Assembly (NCBI GenBank): GCA_964291625.2
Contig: OZ220090.1
Location: 288,001-352,000, forward strand
Direction of reading: 5' to 3'
Source: Candidatus Latescibacterota bacterium
GTDB taxonomy: Bacteria; Latescibacterota; UBA2968; UBA8231
DNA: 64,000 nucleotides
A program made the position numbers and the translations under genes. A model generated the notes under the pieces. It was not told where the DNA came from. It saw only the letters and a list, made by a program, of their open reading frames with translations, and ran no database searches. How positions within the stretch are numbered: position 1 is the stretch's first letter; each line of letters opens with the position of its first letter. Below are positions 19,744 to 29,563 of this stretch, piece by piece.

Positions 19744-20862
19744 ATGCTGCCCTTCCGTACGGGCATGAAGGTGACGGGCAGGGAGTTCTGCGGCCGCCGC
19801 AACGAGGTCGCCCAGCTGCGGCAGTACATGCAGTCCGCCGGCCGTGTGTACGTCGTCGGCGACCGGCGCATCGGCAAGACCTCGCTGATCTTCGAGGCCG
19901 CGCGCTCTCTCCACCGCCGGCGCCTGGTCTATGCCGACCTGATGGCGATCAAGTCGGTGTCGGACCTCTCACAGCGCCTGGCCCAGGCCGTGATCCAGGC
20001 GGAACGGCAGGAGTCCGGTGTCATGACCCTCCTCCGATCCCTGGCAGCGCTGCGACCCACGATCTCGGTGGATCCCGCCACGAACCTGCCCACGGTCGGC
20101 TTCGAGGCCGGCAGCGGAGATCGGCCCGAGACGCTGGACGGCATCTTCGCCCTTCTGGGCTCGCGCGAGGCCCCCGTCGTCGTCCTCGACGAGTTCCAGG
20201 ACATCCTCTCCCTTCCCGCGGAGGAAGCGGTGGTGGCGAGACTTCGCGGACTCGTGCAACAGCAGGAGGGCTCGGCCTTCGTGTTCTGCGGCAGTCAGCG
20301 GGGGGCCATGGAGACGATCTTCACGGAGCGCGGTTCTCCGTTCTTCAACGCCGCCATGCGCCTGCACGTCGGGCCCATCGAGCGGCGCAGCTTCCGCCGT
20401 TTCCTGGAGCGCAAGTTCCTCGCGGCGGAGCGCCGCCTGGAGGCCGGCCTGCTGGACATCATCCTCGACGCATGCCACGACAACCCGGGGGACACACAGC
20501 GATTCTGCACCGCCCTCTGGCAGGTGACGGGCGCCGGGCAGGTCATCTCCCAGGACGACCTGGCGGCGGCCTGGAGCGCGATCTACGCCATGCAGAGCGA
20601 CCAGTACGAGCTGGTGATGCAGAGCCTGAGCCGCCAGCAGGCCGATGTCCTGCGAGCCCTGAGCCGGGCCGGTGGCGAGTCGAACCTGAACCGGGACTTC
20701 GTGGAGAGCACTGGCATACCTCTGCTTCCGTCCGTGGCAAAGGCCATGCAGGGCCTCGTGAGCAAGCGCATCGTGTCGAAGGTGGGTACGAGATACCGCG
20801 TCTCCGACCCCTTCCTTGGCGCCTGGCTCGCGCGCGCCGGCCAGGCGCCCTACACCCAGTAG
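19744..20862 (+). CDS. P-loop ATPase (archaeal-ATPase/STAND-like) with probable C-terminal winged helix; alternative start 19702
   Basis: FCGRRNEV, Walker A GDRRIGKTS, Walker B VVVLDEFQ, CGS sensor, YRVSDPFL. Confidence 0.88.
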   Translation: MLPFRTGMKVTGREFCGRRNEVAQLRQYMQSAGRVYVVGDRRIGKTSLIFEAARSLHRRRLVYADLMAIKSVSDLSQRLAQAVIQAERQESGVMTLLRSLAALRPTISVDPATNLPTVGFEAGSGDRPETLDGIFALLGSREAPVVVLDEFQDILSLPAEEAVVARLRGLVQQQEGSAFVFCGSQRGAMETIFTERGSPFFNAAMRLHVGPIERRSFRRFLERKFLAAERRLEAGLLDIILDACHDNPGDTQRFCTALWQVTGAGQVISQDDLAAAWSAIYAMQSDQYELVMQSLSRQQADVLRALSRAGGESNLNRDFVESTGIPLLPSVAKAMQGLVSKRIVSKVGTRYRVSDPFLGAWLARAGQAPYTQ

Positions 20863-22850
20863 AGGCCGTGGCCCTGGGCGCCGGTGATGACGTCGATGGC
20901 CAGCCAGAAGGCGATGACGGCGAACTGGCCGAGGATGAAGCCGAGGAAGAAGGGCCGCACCCGCCGCAGCAGGTTGGGGCCGCCGTAGCGGATCAGGCAC
21001 GCCTTCACCACCCACACCAGGAAGACGCTGAACCACATGTGACGGGTGAGCATCATCTGCGACACCGCCAGCCCCATGGGGTGGACGGGGAAGGAGAGCA
21101 GGTGGGCCCGCACCCAGTAGAGGGCGAGCATGACCGCCCCGCCGGTGCCGATCAGGGCCAGGCCGGGCAGGTCCGGGCCGACGGGCTCGCGCAGGTACCT
21201 GGCGGCGAAGTCGATGGTGTACCGGGGGCCGCTGAGGAAGAACCAGGCGTTGGCGTTGTTGGCGCCCGACTGGTAGGCGTAGTAGAGGGTGGTCCACACC
21301 GAGATCCCCAGCCCGAGGATCACGGCCAGGATCATGCTCCAGAGCAGGACGCCCCGGCGGGTCACCGACTCGGCCACCTTCAGGCCGTTGGCCGCCGAGG
21401 CCATGACGAAGGTGCGCACGTCGCTCATCCACACCTGCCCCAGGGCGAGGACGGTCACCGCCCCGGGAGCGCCCAGCCAGGCGGTGCCGTAGGCGGTGCG
21501 CACCACCGTGGGCGTGATCAGCTGGGCCCGCGTCGCCGCCAGCCCCGACTCGCAGAGGATGCGGGTGATCCCCAGGAAGGTGGCCGCCGCCACCAGCACG
21601 AAGGTCACCGCCGCCCACCAGGGCACGCCCGCGGCGATGAACCACCCCGTCATCAGCACCAGCCCCAGGATCAGCTGTCCGTAGACGCTGCGCATGGAGA
21701 ACTCGCCGGGGTCCCCGCCGCGCCGGAAGGCCGAGCGCCAGGTCCGCGCCAGGTACCCCCGCGCCGTCCACAGGGTGTAGCCGGTGAGGGCCATGAGAGC
21801 GCCGAACTGCAGGTACGAGAGGATCGGGCCGCCGTCGCTCTGGGCGTAGATGTCGAGGTTGAGGGTGCGTGTCATGCCGATGTAGGTGAGGTACCCCTTG
21901 AGGGCGTATCCCAGCAGGTAGAACAGCCAGATGCTCAGGGTCACCTCCTGGTGGGTCAGGTAGGCGAAGCCCATCATGGGGAAGCTGACGACCACGGAGA
22001 GGGACTCGAGGTTGGGCAGGATGGGGATGCCCGTCGACAGGCTGACGCCAGGGATGAAGTGGAAGTAGGCGTGGAGCCCGTTCATGGAGGTGACCAGGAA
22101 GGGCACGGCGAAGCCCGCCCACATGACGGGGTTGCGGAAGAAGGCGTTGAGGGCCCGGCCCCGCTCCTGGGAGCACATGACCAGGGGCAGCGCGGCCAGC
22201 GGGTAGGCGAGGCGCTCGTGCTCCATCCACTGGCGGCGGAAGAGCACGGCCAGGGAGATCATCACGAGGTATAGGCCGAGGAGCACGGGGACCCAGGCCA
22301 GCAGCGGCTTGATCCACACCATCCACGGGATCGCCTCGCCCCGCGCCACCCCCTCGTAGAAGCCTTGGATGGCGTCCTCGCCCTGGGGCACGAGCCAGTG
22401 GGGCACGTAGGGCTGGATGTCCTGGGCCCACTCGTTCTCCGGGGTGGCCAGGTAGTAGATGGCGGGCAGGATGGGGATCAGGTAGAGGGTCAGCCCCATG
22501 GTGCAGATCGAGCAGGCGATCGCCGCCATCAGGTAGGTGATGGACAGCTCCCCCGTGGTCAGGGAGAGGGAGGGGAGCAGTCGCCGCAGGGCGGTGTTGA
22601 CGACCAGGGCCAGGAGAAAGAGGAGGAGGATGGCGGCGGCGGTGGTGAAGTCGATGGTCAGGTACGAGCCGCGCACCATCAGGCTGTTGTAGGGCCCCCA
22701 GAAAGCGACGGCGGCGCTCAGCAGCGAACCCGCCAGCAGGGCCCGCGCCGGGCGCACGTACCCCGGGGAATCGGGGCCGGCCTCCGGCGCCTGTCCCGTG
22801 CGCCGGCGGAAGGCTTCCACCGCGGCGGCGGCGGTGGCCCCGGTGGTCAC
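20850..22850 (-). CDS. DUF6785/DUF6784-like polytopic membrane protein (putative transporter)
   Basis: YYLATPENEW, FYEG...IPW..W, FRRQWMEHERLAYPL, SLSIW-type motif, RILCESG, FPVHPMG, VRPFFLGFILG. Confidence 0.85.
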   Translation of the reverse strand: MTTGATAAAAVEAFRRRTGQAPEAGPDSPGYVRPARALLAGSLLSAAVAFWGPYNSLMVRGSYLTIDFTTAAAILLLFLLALVVNTALRRLLPSLSLTTGELSITYLMAAIACSICTMGLTLYLIPILPAIYYLATPENEWAQDIQPYVPHWLVPQGEDAIQGFYEGVARGEAIPWMVWIKPLLAWVPVLLGLYLVMISLAVLFRRQWMEHERLAYPLAALPLVMCSQERGRALNAFFRNPVMWAGFAVPFLVTSMNGLHAYFHFIPGVSLSTGIPILPNLESLSVVVSFPMMGFAYLTHQEVTLSIWLFYLLGYALKGYLTYIGMTRTLNLDIYAQSDGGPILSYLQFGALMALTGYTLWTARGYLARTWRSAFRRGGDPGEFSMRSVYGQLILGLVLMTGWFIAAGVPWWAAVTFVLVAAATFLGITRILCESGLAATRAQLITPTVVRTAYGTAWLGAPGAVTVLALGQVWMSDVRTFVMASAANGLKVAESVTRRGVLLWSMILAVILGLGISVWTTLYYAYQSGANNANAWFFLSGPRYTIDFAARYLREPVGPDLPGLALIGTGGAVMLALYWVRAHLLSFPVHPMGLAVSQMMLTRHMWFSVFLVWVVKACLIRYGGPNLLRRVRPFFLGFILGQFAVIAFWLAIDVITGAQGHGLYWV

Positions 22851-22883
22851 GGCTGCACCCGCGAGGGGAGGGCCGGCGCTTCA

Positions 22884-22946
22884 GGACCGGATCTGGAGGT
22901 CATAGCTCCAAATCTGGACCGAAATTGGAGGTGACAGCTCCAAAAT
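22884..22946. repeat. Two 32-nt-period direct repeats, each with a TGGAG-N7-CTCCA palindrome
   Basis: ggaccggatcTGGAGgtcatagCTCCAaat (22884-22913) and ggaccgaaaTTGGAGgtgacagCTCCAAaat (22916-22946). Confidence 0.7.
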
Positions 22947-22950
22947 CCCC

Positions 22951-23972
22951 TCAGAACCCGAGGACCATCACCCAGAAGGGGGCGTCGCCCACCTCGCGCT
23001 CGTCGAACTCCTCCAGGGCGCCGGAGTCCTGGTCGACGCGGAAGGAGCGCATGCGGCCGGCGGTCTCGCCGGCGCCGTAGCAGAAGCGCCCTGTGGGATC
23101 GATGTTGAAGGAGCGCGGGCTCGACGGCACGGGGAAGTGGCCGAAGGGGTCAGGCCGCCGTCGGCGGCGATCTCGAAGCCGGCGATGCTGTCCCCGGGGC
23201 CGCGGTTGGAGGCGTAGGCCCAGCGGCCGTTGGGGTGGACCTCCACGTGGGCCGTGTGGCTCACCTCGCCGTAGCCCTCGGGCAAAGTGGAGACCTCCTG
23301 CACCGGCTCGAGGGTCCCGGCGCCGCGGTCGTAGCGGTGCACGGTGACGGTGTTGCCCTGCTCGTTGACGGTGTAGACGACCTCGCCGCCGGGGCCGAAG
23401 CACATGTGCCGGGGGCCGGTGTATTCCTCGGCGGGGACCACCTCGAAGGGGTCGTTGGGGGTCAGCCGGCCCGAGGCGGCGTCGTAGCGGAACTGGGAGG
23501 TCTTGTTGTTGGGGCAGACGTGGGGGATGAAGACGAAGCGGTCGCGGTCGATGAGCACGGCGTGGGCCTTCGGACCGGTGTCGACATACTCCACCTGCTC
23601 GCCGATGGAGCCGTCCTCGGCGACGCGGTGCACGGTGACGCCGCCGCCGGTGTAGTAGCTGGCGATCAGGTGGCGCCCGCCCCCGTCGGTGACCGCCAGG
23701 GCCGGCGTGGCCAGGCCCGTGTCGACGGTGTTGACGTGTTCCAGGGCGCCGGTGGCGGTGTCGAGGCGGTAGCTGGACAGCTCCGTCGACTGCACGTGGG
23801 CGCCGTAGACCATGCTCGTGGACCGGTGCAGGTGCAGGGAGCCGATGGGCCCGTGGGCGTCGCTGGAGGCGCTCAGCTCCAGGGCGCCCGTGGCCGGGTC
23901 CATCGACCAGGCCTGGATCTGCCGGTCGCCGGTGAGGGCGACGAAGACGAAGTACCGGGATGCGTCCGCCAT
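22951..23972 (-). CDS. Lactonase family beta-propeller (6-phosphogluconolactonase-like); 1-nt frameshift near 23148
   Basis: GPRHMCF, YTVNEQ, YASNRG..SIA, PRSFNIDPTG; one G missing in run at 23146-23149. Confidence 0.88.
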
Positions 23973-24247
23973 GGGAAGGCCTTTCGGGTTGGGTTGCTCG
24001 CGGTGGCTGAGTTCGTTTGTGGCGGTCCCCAAACTACGACGACCCCGGAGTTCTCCGCCACGGCGGGCCGGGTGACGCGAGGAGACCCGGAGACCGTGAA
24101 CGGAGACCTGCCACCTGGCGCCGACCTGTCCCGCCTCGAGGACCAGGTCCGCGCAACGAAGTACGACGAGGTGGCGGTCGAAGTGTACCTTCTACCAGTC
24201 CACCACGACGGACGTAGGTTTGAAGATCGCAGAGAGGAGAGCTGCCG

Positions 24248-24505
24248 ATGGACAATTCAGGACGGAGCGACATTGTGCTGGACAAGGTCATCCAGCGCGA
24301 TCCGGAAATCCACAGTGGCGATCTGGTCTTCGCCGGCACGAGAGTCCCGGTAGACAGCCTGGTGAGCTATCTCAAGGGAGGACACTCCATCGAGGAGTTT
24401 CTCCAGGACTATCCCACCGTCGAGCGCTGGCAACTGGAGTCATATCTCGACCTCTCTTCGGATGGACTGGATCACCTGAGGACGCGGGATGCGAGTGCTT
24501 CTTGA
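24248..24505 (+). CDS. DUF433 family antitoxin
   Basis: IQRDPEIHSGDLVFAGTRVPV...G.SIEEFLQDYP; GAGGAG RBS. Confidence 0.92.
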   Translation: MDNSGRSDIVLDKVIQRDPEIHSGDLVFAGTRVPVDSLVSYLKGGHSIEEFLQDYPTVERWQLESYLDLSSDGLDHLRTRDASAS

Positions 24506-24818
24506 TGAGGATATACCGATCCGGCTCAGGCTGCACTTCAGGGCGGAAGCGACGGTGGAGACGGTGGAGTATCGCGGTTGGAAGGGTTTCAGGAACGGGG
24601 CGCTTCTGCGCGTCGCCCAGGAAGAGTTCGATGTTCTTGTGACCATGGACAACAGTCTCCCCGACCAGCAACCGGTTGGGCAATTCGATCTGGGTGTTGC
24701 AGTCTTGCGCCCTTCCAGCAGAACCCTCGAGGACCTCGTGGCGTTGGTGCCTGTACTGGAGCGACACCTCGCCAAGATCAGGCCGGGGGATGTGGTCCGG
24801 ATCCATCCTTCCAGGTAA
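24489..24818 (+). CDS. DUF5615 PIN-like toxin
   Basis: MRVLLDEDIP, GWKG..NGALL, FDVLVTMD..L..QQ; overlaps DUF433 gene. Confidence 0.88.
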   Translation: MRVLLDEDIPIRLRLHFRAEATVETVEYRGWKGFRNGALLRVAQEEFDVLVTMDNSLPDQQPVGQFDLGVAVLRPSSRTLEDLVALVPVLERHLAKIRPGDVVRIHPSR

Positions 24819-24845
24819 CGCCGACCGCTGACGGAAGCAGGTCCC

Positions 24846-25703
24846 TCACCCCTTCAGCGCCCCCACCGTGATCCCCTTCGTGAGGTACTGCTGCAGGAAG
24901 GCGTAGACCAGCATGGTCGGCGCCATGATCAGCACCAGCCCGGCGAAGGCCATGCCCCAGTCGCTGCGGTACTGGCTGACGATGGTGATGTTGGCCAGGC
25001 CCAGGGGCAGGGTGCGCAGCTCCTGGGATCCCTCTCCCGAGAGGAACATGAAGGCCATGAAGAACTCGTTCCACGTGGCCAGGAAGGAGAAGATCCCCAC
25101 CGTGATCAGCCCCGGGCGGGCCAGGGGCAGCATGATCGACCAGAAGGCCCGGAACTCGCCGGCGCCGTCCATCAGGGCCGATTCGTGCAGGCTCGAGGGC
25201 AGGGACTTGAAGAAGCCGGTGAGGATGAAGACGGCGAAGGGCATGCCGAAGGCGACGTAGACGATGAGGATGCCGAGGCGCGAGTTGAGGAGGCCGAAGT
25301 CCTTCATCTGGAAGAACAGGGGCACGATCGACAGCTGCAGGGGGATCATCAGTCCGGCGAGGAAGTAGAAGAACAGGGGGCGCACGCCGGGAAAGGTGAA
25401 CCGCGCCAGGGCGTAGGCGGCCATCGCCGCCAGCAGCATCGACGCCGCCACCGTGGTCACCGTGAGCAGGACGCTGTTGAAGAAGTAGTCGCCGAAGAAT
25501 CCCTTGGTCCAGGCGTTGGTGAAGTTGACCCACTGCAGGTCGCCGAGCTCGGGCAGGCTGAAGGGGTCGAGGAAGATCTCGCGGTCCGTCTTCAGCGACG
25601 TGTAGAGCAGCCAGAGCATGGGGTAGACGACGATCGCCAGGTAGCCGAAGAGGGCCGAGTAGAGGAAGGGCTTGATGAGGGTGTTGGTGCGTCGCTCGGC
25701 CAC
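24846..25703 (-). CDS. Carbohydrate ABC transporter permease (MalG-like)
   Basis: ESALMDGAG EAA-like loop, WNEF, QQYLTKGITVGALKG. Confidence 0.92.
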   Translation of the reverse strand: MAERRTNTLIKPFLYSALFGYLAIVVYPMLWLLYTSLKTDREIFLDPFSLPELGDLQWVNFTNAWTKGFFGDYFFNSVLLTVTTVAASMLLAAMAAYALARFTFPGVRPLFFYFLAGLMIPLQLSIVPLFFQMKDFGLLNSRLGILIVYVAFGMPFAVFILTGFFKSLPSSLHESALMDGAGEFRAFWSIMLPLARPGLITVGIFSFLATWNEFFMAFMFLSGEGSQELRTLPLGLANITIVSQYRSDWGMAFAGLVLIMAPTMLVYAFLQQYLTKGITVGALKG

Positions 25704-25705
25704 GG

Positions 25706-27976
25706 TCAGAACTCCACGGCTTCGCGCTTCATGGCGCGCAGGGTGGCGGTGGTGCCGAAGAACACGATCAGGAAGAGGAGAACGGCGATCGCCGTCGCCT
25801 CTCCCACCTTGAACTCGGTGAACATGGCCTGAACCATCCTCGTGCCGATGACGTGGTTGTCGGTGGTGGGCCGCTGGTTGGTGAGCAGCCAGATCACCTC
25901 GAAGGCCTTCATGCCGCCGATGATCATGAAGACGATGGAGATCGACAGCACTTCCCAGATGAGGGGGATGGTGATCGACCGGAACTGGCGCCACGCCGAG
26001 GCGCCGTCGATGTCGGCCGCCTCGTACATGGTCTGGGGGATGCTCTCCATGGCCGCCAGGAAGAGGATCATGTTGAACCCGGCGGCGCCCCAGATCGACA
26101 TGGGGATGAGCGCCCAGTAGAGGTTGTCCTGGGCCAGCCAGGCGAAGCCTGCGAACTGGTCGAAGCCGAGGGCCGTGAGCACCGTGTTCACCGGGCCGCC
26201 CTGGGGGTTGTAGAGGTGCATCCACAACAGGGTGGCGGCCACCCCGCCGAGGATGTTGGGGAAGAAGAAGGCGATGCGGAAGAGCTTGGCCCCCACTACG
26301 CCGCGGCTGATGCAGACCGCCAGGAACAGCGCAAGGGGCAGCACGCAGGCGGGGATGACGAACATGATGAAGAGGTTGTTCGACAGGGCGACCCAGAACT
26401 CGTCGCTCTCGAAGAGCAGGCGGTGGAAGTGGAGCAGCCCCACGAAGGACATCTCGGTGAGTCCGTCCCAGCGCATGGTGCTCCACAGGAAGGACTTGAC
26501 ACTCGGGACGATGACGAAGAGGGAGTAGAACACGGCCGCCGGCCCGACGAAGAAGGCGACGCCGCGCCAGTTCATGCGCACGGTGCTGTTGGGTTTCGGC
26601 GCCTCGCCGGCGCGCTTCTCCCGCCACTGGCGGATCGTGGTGTAGAGCCAGAAGCCCATGGCCAGCCCCAGCAGCCCCAGCAGCAGGGCCGGCTTCCACA
26701 AGTGGCGCACGGTGACGTCCTCGGGGTGGGTGGCGCGGTTGCGCACCGCCAGCGCCGCCGACTCCAGCTCCCGGGCCCCTTCCTCGGGGGTGATCTCGCC
26801 GTTGACGATCTTGAAGCGCGTGTCGTTGAGGAACTGGTCCATCTCCGGGAAGCCCTCGCCGGGGGCGGTGCCGTAGGTCGTGGTCGCCCGCCGGGCCATC
26901 TCCACCAGGTCCTGCAGGTCGGCGCTGGTGCGGCCCTCCATCGACCCCTCGACGGCGACCAGGATGTCGCGCATCTCGGCGAAGGTGCCGGCCTGCTCCC
27001 GGGAGGTCATGAAGCGCAGGAAGTCGACGCCCAGCTCCGGGCGCGCGCTCTCGCGGAAGACGAAGTAGTAGCCGGCGCCGGTGTACACGGCGTTCGGGTC
27101 GCCCACGCCGCCCTCGACGGCGGGGAAGTTGAACGCCCCCAGGCGGAAGCCCTCGGGGATCTTGCCGAGCATCTCGCTCTTCAGCCACGAGCCGCAGAAC
27201 ACCATCGCCGTGTGGCCGAGGAAGAACTCGAGCTGCGCCTCGGTGTGGCTCATGCCGAGGGCGCCGGGCTGGAAGTAGTTCACGGCGGTGCGCTGGATCA
27301 GGCCGAGGGCGGTGACGAACTCGGGGTTGTCGAAGCTGCCCGGCACCAGGTCCTTCTGCTCGTAGTAGCGGTCGCGGCCGGCCAGGTGGTAGTAGGCGTT
27401 GTCGGTGACGCCCCCGATGTAGCCGGGGTACCGCCCCTGGAAGGCCAGCGGCGCGATGCCGGCCTGCTGGATCGTCTCGCAGAGGGCGAAGAACTCGTCC
27501 CACGTCCGCGGCGGCGTCCAGCCGTGCTCCTCGAACATCCCCTTGTTGTACCAGATGGCGTAGATCGAGTAGAGGAAGGGGATGCCGTAGGTCCGGCCCT
27601 CGTGCTGGTAGCGCTCCAGGCTGCCGGGCAGGAAGGAGTCGCGCCAGGTGCGGTCGCCCTCCCAGCTCGGCCCGTCGAGATAGTCGTCGAGGGGCAGGAT
27701 CTCGCCGTTGCGGATCAGGGCCCAGTAGTTGAGGCCGGCGTTGCTGACCTCGGGGAAGGTCCCTTCGAGGATGCGCACCCGCACCTTGTCGGCGATGCGG
27801 GGATCGCCGTAGAGATCGACCTCGACGTCGGGGCGGACCTTCTCGTACTCGCGGGCGGCGTGGAAGAAGAAGCTCAGCCCCTCGCCGCCCTCGAAGACGG
27901 GCACCTCGATGCGGGTCCGCTCCTCGGCGGCGGCCGGGGCCAGCAGGGCGGCGAGCGGGAGCAGCCCGCTCAGCAT
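25706..27976 (-). CDS. Fusion of family-1 extracellular solute-binding protein and MalF-like ABC permease (start 27976 or 28003)
   Basis: Signal peptide, YGIP, WYNKGMFEEHG..PPRTWDE, then TM helices and EAADIDGAS in one uninterrupted frame. Confidence 0.9.
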   Translation of the reverse strand: MLSGLLPLAALLAPAAAEERTRIEVPVFEGGEGLSFFFHAAREYEKVRPDVEVDLYGDPRIADKVRVRILEGTFPEVSNAGLNYWALIRNGEILPLDDYLDGPSWEGDRTWRDSFLPGSLERYQHEGRTYGIPFLYSIYAIWYNKGMFEEHGWTPPRTWDEFFALCETIQQAGIAPLAFQGRYPGYIGGVTDNAYYHLAGRDRYYEQKDLVPGSFDNPEFVTALGLIQRTAVNYFQPGALGMSHTEAQLEFFLGHTAMVFCGSWLKSEMLGKIPEGFRLGAFNFPAVEGGVGDPNAVYTGAGYYFVFRESARPELGVDFLRFMTSREQAGTFAEMRDILVAVEGSMEGRTSADLQDLVEMARRATTTYGTAPGEGFPEMDQFLNDTRFKIVNGEITPEEGARELESAALAVRNRATHPEDVTVRHLWKPALLLGLLGLAMGFWLYTTIRQWREKRAGEAPKPNSTVRMNWRGVAFFVGPAAVFYSLFVIVPSVKSFLWSTMRWDGLTEMSFVGLLHFHRLLFESDEFWVALSNNLFIMFVIPACVLPLALFLAVCISRGVVGAKLFRIAFFFPNILGGVAATLLWMHLYNPQGGPVNTVLTALGFDQFAGFAWLAQDNLYWALIPMSIWGAAGFNMILFLAAMESIPQTMYEAADIDGASAWRQFRSITIPLIWEVLSISIVFMIIGGMKAFEVIWLLTNQRPTTDNHVIGTRMVQAMFTEFKVGEATAIAVLLFLIVFFGTTATLRAMKREAVEF

Positions 27977-28007
27977 CCGTCGAGGGAGTGCGCCCGTCAG
28001 CAAGGGG

Positions 28008-28433
28008 TCAGGGAAGCTCCACGACCACGTACTGTTCCTCCACCGAGACCGGGTAGGTCTCGACCACGTACGGCCCCTTGCGCGGGCCGGCCACCTCCTC
28101 GCCCGCCACCACCTCCACGTCGTAGCTCCGGGTGCGGGTGCGGGCCGGGTCCCACCAGGACTGGCCGGTCCGCACGTCGAACTCCCAGCCGTGCCAGGGG
28201 CAGCGCAGGATCTCCCCCTGGCGGGTGTAGGTGTAGTCCCCCGGGCCCCGCGACTGCAGGAAGCCGGTGAGCCGCCCCTTGCACAGGGGGCCTCCCTGGT
28301 GGGCGCAGCGGTTGCGCAGGGCGAAGAACTCCCCCTCGAGGTTGAAGACGCCGATGGAGCGGCCCTCGATCTCCACGATCTTGCGGCCCCCCGGCGGGAT
28401 CTCCGCCAACGTGCCGACCACGTGCCGCGCCAT
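28008..28433 (-). CDS. Rieske [2Fe-2S] ferredoxin
   Basis: CAHQGGPL...CPWHGWEFD. Confidence 0.93.
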   Translation of the reverse strand: MARHVVGTLAEIPPGGRKIVEIEGRSIGVFNLEGEFFALRNRCAHQGGPLCKGRLTGFLQSRGPGDYTYTRQGEILRCPWHGWEFDVRTGQSWWDPARTRTRSYDVEVVAGEEVAGPRKGPYVVETYPVSVEEQYVVVELP

Positions 28434-28444
28434 GCGTGTTCCGC

Positions 28445-29549
28445 TCAGTCCAGCCCGTAGAGCCGGCGGGCGTTCCCGGCCAGGATCGACCTTGCGCAGC
28501 TCCCGGTCGAGCCGCGCCGGCAGTGCCTGCGCCGGCGAGTCGAAGTCCCAGTGGGGGTAGTCGGTGGCGAACATGAGATGGTCGTCCATCTCCATCCACC
28601 CGAGCATCTGCTCGAAGTACTCCGGGTCGGGGGGCTCCTCCATGGGCTGGGTGGTCACCCAGAAGTGGTCGCGCACGTACTCCGAGGGCGGCCGGCGCAG
28701 GCGGCCCAGCTCGGCGCCCATGCGCTTCCAGCAGTGGTCGAGGCGCCACATGAGCGGCGCCAGCCACGAGAACCCCCCTTCGATGAGGACCACCTTCAGG
28801 GTGGGGAAGCGCTCGAAGACGCCTTCGTACACGAGGCTGGCCACCTGGGGCTGGAAGGACTGGGGCATGCCGCCGTGGTCCTCCACGTAGTGGGAGGGCC
28901 AGCCGGCGCCGGTGATCGGCCCGCCCCCGGCGCCGCCGAAGTGGATGGCCACCGGCAGGTCGTGGCGCGCGGCGGCCTCGTACATCTTCCAGTACTTGCG
29001 GTGGCCCAGGGGCTCGCGGGTGCGCACCAGCAGCAGCAGCTGCAGAAAGCCGGGGTGGCCGCCCATGCGGTCGACCTCGGCCGCGGCCAGCTCGCCGTCC
29101 TCGTAGGGCACCACGATGGAGCCGCGCATCCGCGGCTCCGGCTCGATCCACTCGGCGAGCTGCCAGTCGTTCATCGCCCGGCAGAGGGCGGCGCCGTACT
29201 CCAGGTTGACGTCCCCGCCGGCGCGGATGAGGGGGGTCATGATGCCGTAGTCGATCTCCCACTCGTCCAGCAGCTGCATCCGCAGGAAGTCCAGGTCCGA
29301 CCCCGGCGGCCCTCCCGAGGGCGGCCAGGAGTCGTGGCGCGCCGCGTTCGGCGCGATCCGCGGGTACGCCGAGCCGACGTGGCCGCGCATGCCGATGGTG
29401 CGGTGGTGCTCCCGCCACTCCGCCGGCAGGAACCGCTCCATCGTCCCGTCCTCGGGCATGGTCACGTGGATGTCGGCGTCGATCACGGCCAGCTTCTGCG
29501 GCCGTTCCGCCGCGGCGGGGGCCGGTTCGACGAGCGTGGTCGTTCCCAT
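28445..29549 (-). CDS. Amidohydrolase_2-fold protein, probable catalytic subunit of a dinuclear monooxygenase; 1-nt insertion near 28490
   Basis: IDADIH, IHFGG, LIEGG, TDYPHWD; removing one base gives the typical ending ILAGNARRLYGLD* (stop 28445). Confidence 0.85.
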
Positions 29550-29563
29550 CTGCAGGTCCTCCT

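Noticed and set aside
22884-22946. Possible mini-CRISPR
   Set aside because: Only two adjacent copies, no spacer between them, and no cas genes.
24060-24240. Coding-like scrap (EDQVRATKYDEVAVEVYLLPV) upstream of the DUF433 gene
   Set aside because: No clear start, stop or recognisable family.
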